Source: Peptococcaceae bacterium (GTDB lineage: Bacteria > Bacillota > Dehalobacteriia > UBA7702). Taken from it: a stretch of DNA of 20,145 nucleotides. The DNA is taken from the NCBI GenBank assembly GCA_019415505.1, contig DXZC01000024.1:1-20145 (forward strand), written 5' to 3'. This document shows, in pieces, positions 16,168 through 20,145 of the stretch (within the stretch, counting starts at the first letter, position 1; each line of letters opens with the position of its first letter). The notes beneath the pieces are model-generated. The model worked only from the letters and a program-made list of their open reading frames with translations. It ran no database searches and was not told the origin of the DNA. The translations under genes and the position numbers were made by a program.

Positions 16168-16890
16168 ATGGAAGTGAAAAGTCTGCGCAATTTTATGGTA
16201 CTTTTTTTACCGGTGCTTTTACAGCCGCCGGAGGAGAAGTCCGTATTTTATGTGGGGGGGAGCGACGTCCTACCGCCGCCGTTAGAATCCGAGGAGGAAA
16301 GAAAGATGCTTTTGCGGCTTGGCGAGGGCGACGGTGAGGCTCGGGATATTTTAATAGAGCATAATTTGCGCCTTGTGGTTTACATTGCCCGGCGTTTTGA
16401 AAATACCGGTATTAATATTGAGGATTTAGTCTCCATTGGCACTATTGGCCTGATTAAGGCGGTAAATACCTTTGATATTTCTAAAAAAATTAAATTAGCT
16501 ACATACGCTTCCCGCTGTATTGAAAATGAGATTCTCATGTATTTGCGGCGCAATGGTAAAACCAAAGGGGAAATATCGTTAGATGAGCCCTTAAACGTGG
16601 ACTGGGACGGCAATGAACTGCTGCTTTCAGATATTATGGGCACAGATAGCGACCTTTGTTCACGGGAATTAGAAAGCGAGGTGGATAAGGCTTTACTGCG
16701 TATGGCTATGGAAAAACTCAGCCCCCGGGAAAAGGTAATAGTAGAGCTGCGTTATGGTATTGACGCCGAAGGGGAGGAAAAAACCCAAAAGGAGGTGGCA
16801 GAGGTTTTAGGTATATCCCAATCTTATATTTCCCGTTTGGAAAAACGCATTATCAAGCGCTTACGCAAGGAGATAATGAAAACAATCTAA
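16168..16890 (+). CDS. sigE: RNA polymerase sporulation sigma factor SigE (pro-sigma-E)
   Basis: 240 aa. The pro-sequence is followed by [12 protein letters not shown], then [62 protein letters not shown] and [21 protein letters not shown]. These are nearly identical to B. subtilis SigE blocks as I recall them. SD AGGAGG. Confidence 0.95.
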   Translation: MEVKSLRNFMVLFLPVLLQPPEEKSVFYVGGSDVLPPPLESEEERKMLLRLGEGDGEARDILIEHNLRLVVYIARRFENTGINIEDLVSIGTIGLIKAVNTFDISKKIKLATYASRCIENEILMYLRRNGKTKGEISLDEPLNVDWDGNELLLSDIMGTDSDLCSRELESEVDKALLRMAMEKLSPREKVIVELRYGIDAEGEEKTQKEVAEVLGISQSYISRLEKRIIKRLRKEIMKTI

Positions 16891-16897
16891 ATAAAAT

Positions 16898-16937
16898 AAG
16901 GCGTTTCCTAAGCTCTAAGAGGCTTGGGAAACGCCTT
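16898..16937. terminator. Shared hairpin terminator between convergent sigE and the DUF881 gene
   Basis: An 11-bp perfect stem AAGGCGTTTCC (16898-16908) / GGAAACGCCTT (16927-16937). A T-rich tract follows on the minus-strand transcript (TTATTTTATTT). Confidence 0.7.
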
Positions 16938-16939
16938 AA

Positions 16940-17599
16940 TTATAGGGCGGCTGGTAAATTTAACTCTACCATTTCTGTGGTATCATAAACCAGCTCCATT
17001 TCCGTAGCTAGATTTGCCATAACGCCGCCGGGAAAGCTAAGGGCCGCACTGAGGGCTTTGCTGTCGCCAATAGCCTGTATAGTCAGGGGAAAGGTTAAAG
17101 TAGTGTTATTTAGTTTAATTTTAACTCCCGACCCAGTACCCGCGGTTGTAAATCCTGAAGCTGTGGTTATGCGTATGTTATTAACAGCTATAGCCTCGGC
17201 TCCGGCGTTCCAAAGCTCGTTAAGAATTAGCACCAAATCATTTGCTATTAGCTTCTTTTGGCTGGGGATATTAAGGTTTATTCCCGGTCCCTGGACGTCT
17301 ACAGTGCCGGTTGCTGCCGTAAGAATAGCATATTCTTCTTTTAAAGTGTCTATGGCGGAGCTTTCCGAGGTGCTGGCCTCTGAGAGAATCGTCAGTTCCT
17401 CCCTTAAATCCCTTTCTTGGCTGGCTAAATTTGCCCGCTGCCGGTTCATTTCCCCTAGGATTACCACCAGGTCGCTGTTGCTTTGTAGACTTAGGTCAGA
17501 AAAAGCCGCTGCATTAGTATGGTATTGTACGGAAATAATAAAGCCGAGAAGTAGGCAAATAATAGTTAAGCTGGCGGCAGCTTTGGTTTTAGTCCTCAA
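16940..17599 (-). CDS. DUF881-domain protein (YlxW/YlxX family, division-cluster associated)
   Basis: Has an N-terminal TM anchor, a coiled-coil region, and a C-terminal block LNELWNAGAEAIAVNNIRIT typical of DUF881. I place the start at TTG 17599, with SD AAGGGGG 8 nt upstream, overlapping the sbp stop. The track's upstream extension to 17722 would overlap sbp by 134 nt. Confidence 0.72.
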   Translation of the reverse strand: MRTKTKAAASLTIICLLLGFIISVQYHTNAAAFSDLSLQSNSDLVVILGEMNRQRANLASQERDLREELTILSEASTSESSAIDTLKEEYAILTAATGTVDVQGPGINLNIPSQKKLIANDLVLILNELWNAGAEAIAVNNIRITTASGFTTAGTGSGVKIKLNNTTLTFPLTIQAIGDSKALSAALSFPGGVMANLATEMELVYDTTEMVELNLPAAL

Positions 17600-17981
17600 T
17601 TTGACCGCCCCCTTTGGCGTTGGTTTGCCGCCTTTTTTTATACCGCCGCTTCTGAATGAGCAAACGCCGCATAATACCAAAGTTGGTAAAAATCCGGAAG
17701 ATAAAGACGAATACCACGGCAATAAATAGCTCTACGCCTAAATGGTCGCCTAAATATATGAAGGCTGCCCCTAAAAGGGTGTTGAAAATAAAACCGCTGA
17801 GGAGAATTAGACTGTCAAACTTTTTTTCTAGCATACCCAGGTAACCGCCTAAAAGGGAATCTAAGGCGCTGAGTAGGAGTACGGAAAGGTATTGGGCAAA
17901 AGCCAAGGGGATAATAATATTGGCATAAATGCCTAAGACAACGCCAATAATAAGACCGAAAAGCGGCAGTAGCCATATCAT
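17589..17981 (-). CDS. sbp: Small basic protein Sbp (DUF1290)
   Basis: 130 aa with hydrophobic helices followed by a very basic tail (QKRRYKKRRQ). It lies between two DUF881 genes, as in the Bacillus ylxW-ylxX-sbp arrangement. SD AAAGGAG. Confidence 0.8.
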   Translation of the reverse strand: MIWLLPLFGLIIGVVLGIYANIIIPLAFAQYLSVLLLSALDSLLGGYLGMLEKKFDSLILLSGFIFNTLLGAAFIYLGDHLGVELFIAVVFVFIFRIFTNFGIMRRLLIQKRRYKKRRQTNAKGGGQIED

Positions 17982-17982
17982 A

Positions 17983-18777
17983 TTAGTAATCTCCTTTCTG
18001 TTCTTGCCCTGATTCCTGTTCTTGTCCGGCTGCGGTTAGATGGTTGTGAGGTATTGTGCCGGTATAAGCTGGCACAATTATTTCTTCCTGGGGAATTGCG
18101 GTAAATAAAACTTGGGAATCTAGGAGGTCGCTATAAATTGAGCTGTTTTTTAGGGCTGTCATAAGTTCATTTTTATCCCCGGCTACCATTATTTGGTAGG
18201 GTGGAGCCAGGCGGGTTTGGTCAATCATGATTACCGTACCCACGCAACGAATGGCTGTAGAGGCCAAAACCCTTTGGCCGTTAATGGCAATGGCTTGGGC
18301 GTAGGGCCGTAAATCGTTGATTAAGAATAAAAGCGTTGTGTCGTGGATAATGTAAAGCTCCGGGTCGTAGTCCTCCGGCGAGGTTTCCTGGGCAATGGCC
18401 GCGGCCTCGCTATTATCGTTGAGCTCCAGTAAGAGGCCAGGCGAGATAATTTCTGTATAACCTGCCTGTGCCTTAAGGTTTTTGTTGGCGTCCTCCAGCT
18501 CTTTAATGATTTGTGCGTCAAAATTTTGGGCTAAGGAATAGCTCTCCCTTTGGTTAAGCAGAGAGGAGACGCTGGCGGACAAACGGCTGTTTTCTTCGTC
18601 CAGCTCTTCTATTTGGTCTATTAAATTTTCCTGCACTGTATTATTACCGGAGTCGGCAGCGAAATGGGAGCGCAGCGTGGCAACGCCAAAAAAACCAAGG
18701 GTCAGCAATATTAAAAAAATCGCTACCCCGGCCCACAGCCGCTTAAAATTATGCCGTCGCTTTTTTCCTGGGGGCAA
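17983..18777 (-). CDS. DUF881-domain protein (YlxW/YlxX family)
   Basis: 264 aa with a TTG start, an N-terminal TM anchor, a coiled coil, and a C-terminal block INDLRPYAQAIAINGQRV typical of DUF881. Confidence 0.8.
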   Translation of the reverse strand: MPPGKKRRHNFKRLWAGVAIFLILLTLGFFGVATLRSHFAADSGNNTVQENLIDQIEELDEENSRLSASVSSLLNQRESYSLAQNFDAQIIKELEDANKNLKAQAGYTEIISPGLLLELNDNSEAAAIAQETSPEDYDPELYIIHDTTLLFLINDLRPYAQAIAINGQRVLASTAIRCVGTVIMIDQTRLAPPYQIMVAGDKNELMTALKNSSIYSDLLDSQVLFTAIPQEEIIVPAYTGTIPHNHLTAAGQEQESGQEQKGDY

Positions 18778-18803
18778 ATCCTCTCACCTCTAATGTATAA
18801 TTA

Positions 18804-18924
18804 TGTCGAATTTACGCATTAGCCGCTTTGTGTTTTTATTATAAACCAAGATAGGGCATTTTTCCAGCAAAACGCCATTATTTTTTTATCTTAAATTGAA
18901 AGGTATTTTTTAAATATTGTCGAA
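18804..18924 (+). promoter_or_regulatory. Two perfect Spo0A-box heptamers in the divergent DUF881 / cdaA control region
   Basis: TGTCGAA occurs at 18804-18810 and at 18918-18924, in the same orientation. This is motif-only evidence. Confidence 0.35.
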
Positions 18925-18966
18925 TAAAATACAAGTGATACCCATTTATCTGAACAGAGGAAATTT

Positions 18967-19758
18967 ATGACTGGGAATATTTTAACCGTAATCATATCAG
19001 CCTTGGATATTTTTATAATGGCCTTTGTCATTTACAAAATACTCATGCTGTTGAAGGACTCCCGGGCAATGCAACTCCTCAAGGGTGTATTAATATTATT
19101 TATCGCTTATATCGTCAGCGGTTGGCTAAATCTTACCACCGTACATTGGATTTTGGGCAAAAGTTGGAGCGTCATAGTTTTGGGTATTGCCATTATTTTT
19201 CAACCGGAATTGCGTAATGCCCTGGAAAAGCTAGGCCGTAGCCACCCTCTATTTTTTGGCGCCAAACAACCCAGCGCTATGACGGCGACCGCCGCCGCTT
19301 TGGAGGAGGCTATTTTAGTAGCTGCCAACCATAAAATGGGGATGCTTTTAGTCTTACAGGGCGCTACGGGGCTTAAACAACAAATGGAAACCGGAGTTTT
19401 GTTAGACGCGAAAGTCAGCAGTGAGCTGCTTTTAAATCTATTTTTTAAAAACTCGCCCTTGCATGACGGCGCCGCTATTCTCAGCGGCAACCGGGTGGTA
19501 GCTGCCGGCTGCATTATGCCCCTCACCTTAAAAGAGGATGTAGCTTCAGATTTAGGTACCAGACATCGGGCTGCTATTGGCACCTCGGAAATGTCCGACG
19601 CCTTGATTTTAGTCGTTTCTGAGGAAACCGGCATAATATCCTCAGTGCGCCACGGCCACATACAACGTAATTTATCGCCGCGAAGCCTGAGGCGGACTTT
19701 ATATGATTTTTATAATATACCTGCCCTGAAAAAGAGAAAGAAGAAGCAAAATGTTTAA
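18967..19758 (+). CDS. cdaA: Diadenylate cyclase CdaA (DisA_N/DAC domain, membrane-anchored)
   Basis: 263 aa with three N-terminal TM helices and DAC-domain motifs (...LHDGAAIL... and ...GTRHRAAIG...SEETG.IS). The cdaA-cdaR-glmM context is conserved. Confidence 0.92.
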   Translation: MTGNILTVIISALDIFIMAFVIYKILMLLKDSRAMQLLKGVLILFIAYIVSGWLNLTTVHWILGKSWSVIVLGIAIIFQPELRNALEKLGRSHPLFFGAKQPSAMTATAAALEEAILVAANHKMGMLLVLQGATGLKQQMETGVLLDAKVSSELLLNLFFKNSPLHDGAAILSGNRVVAAGCIMPLTLKEDVASDLGTRHRAAIGTSEMSDALILVVSEETGIISSVRHGHIQRNLSPRSLRRTLYDFYNIPALKKRKKKQNV

Positions 19759-19873
19759 AGGACTATGGCGGCGTTTGGAAAGGAATAATTTAATATATAA
19801 AATAATTTCCTTGGCTCTGGCCGTATTGCTGTGGCTTTTTATAGCCCAACCGTTTCCCCAGCTTATTCCTTAA
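19751..19873 (+). CDS. 40-codon remnant or mini version of CdaR (YbbR-like); only the N-terminal TM anchor is present
   Basis: The ATG at 19751 overlaps the cdaA stop by 8 nt, the usual cdaA-cdaR coupling. MFKGLWRRLERNNLIYKIISLALAVLLWLFIAQPFPQLIP resembles the N-terminus plus TM helix of YbbR/CdaR proteins. TAA follows at 19871-19873, and only 68 nt remain before glmM, so no YbbR domains are encoded. Confidence 0.5.
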   Translation: MFKGLWRRLERNNLIYKIISLALAVLLWLFIAQPFPQLIP

Positions 19874-19941
19874 ACTATATACTTAACCCATATATAAATA
19901 GATAAAGAGATAGAAATAAAAGAGAAACAGAGGTGTGTCTT

Positions 19942-20145
19942 ATGAAAAAGCTTTTTGGAACTGACGGTGTGCGGGGTGAAGCTAATAAAGTTGTTACACC
20001 GAGCTTAGCCTTTGAAATAGGGGCCGCCCTAGCCTTAGTTTTACAGGAAAAACAGCCAAAACCAACGGTGCTGGTTGGGCGGGATACCCGTCTTTCCGGC
20101 TCTATGATTGCCGGGGCCATTATGGCGGGGGGGGGTTCTTATTAA
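19942..20145 (+). CDS. glmM: Phosphoglucosamine mutase GlmM, 5' portion (in-frame TAA at the last three bases of the window)
   Basis: MKKLFGTDGVRGEAN...VLVGRDTRLSGSM is the canonical GlmM N-terminus. SD GAGGTG lies 7 nt before the ATG at 19942; the track's GTG at 19933 is inside the SD. The frame ends ...AGGGSY-TAA at 20143-20145, right after a G9 run. Confidence 0.85.
   Translation: MKKLFGTDGVRGEANKVVTPSLAFEIGAALALVLQEKQPKPTVLVGRDTRLSGSMIAGAIMAGGGSY

Noticed and set aside
17058-17729. Long antisense ORFs: 17058..17729 (+, 223 aa), 15693..16190 (-, 165 aa), 19200..19661 (-, 153 aa), 6848..7186 (-), 3081..3452 (-) and similar.
   Set aside because: Each lies opposite a confidently identified conserved gene (DUF881, spoIIGA, cdaA, DUF3048/era, pgpH). 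They lack SD sequences and have odd, low-complexity composition (S/P/R/A-rich) typical of shadow frames.

Overview
This is a chromosomal segment from an endospore-forming Firmicute, probably Clostridia-like, since yqfC, yqfD, spoIIGA and pro-sigma-E are all present. Bases 1-10.2 kb carry a conserved plus-strand housekeeping cluster: yqfC, yqfD, phoH, pgpH (yqfF), ybeY, dgkA, a DUF3048 lipoprotein, era, mgtE and recO. Bases 10.2-15.2 kb form an accessory-looking locus flanked by two unusually long non-coding stretches. It holds a minus-strand operon of an MttB-family trimethylamine methyltransferase gene plus a DMT/EamA permease. The mttB gene has one in-frame TAG at the pyrrolysine position, so ORF-track pieces 12135..13115 and 11652..12080 are one 487-codon gene. 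The operon has a near-consensus sigma-54 promoter, and a divergent gene encodes a PAS/AAA+/HTH sigma-54 enhancer-binding protein. Bases 15.2-20.1 kb carry spoIIGA-sigE behind a Spo0A-box promoter with a long spacer. They are followed by a convergent DUF881-sbp-DUF881 cluster and then cdaA, a 40-codon cdaR remnant and the 5' part of glmM. The main finding is the amber-recoded (pyrrolysine) mttB under sigma-54 control, in a window where none of the 20 complete genes ends in TAG. Secondary observations are a Shine-Dalgarno-equipped 24-codon upstream ORF with mutually exclusive hairpins in front of mgtE, the transmembrane-only CdaR, an in-frame stop in glmM at the window edge after a G9 run, and tandem repeats in a 400-bp non-coding gap. 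Family assignments rest on motifs I recognise in the translations; no database search was possible.
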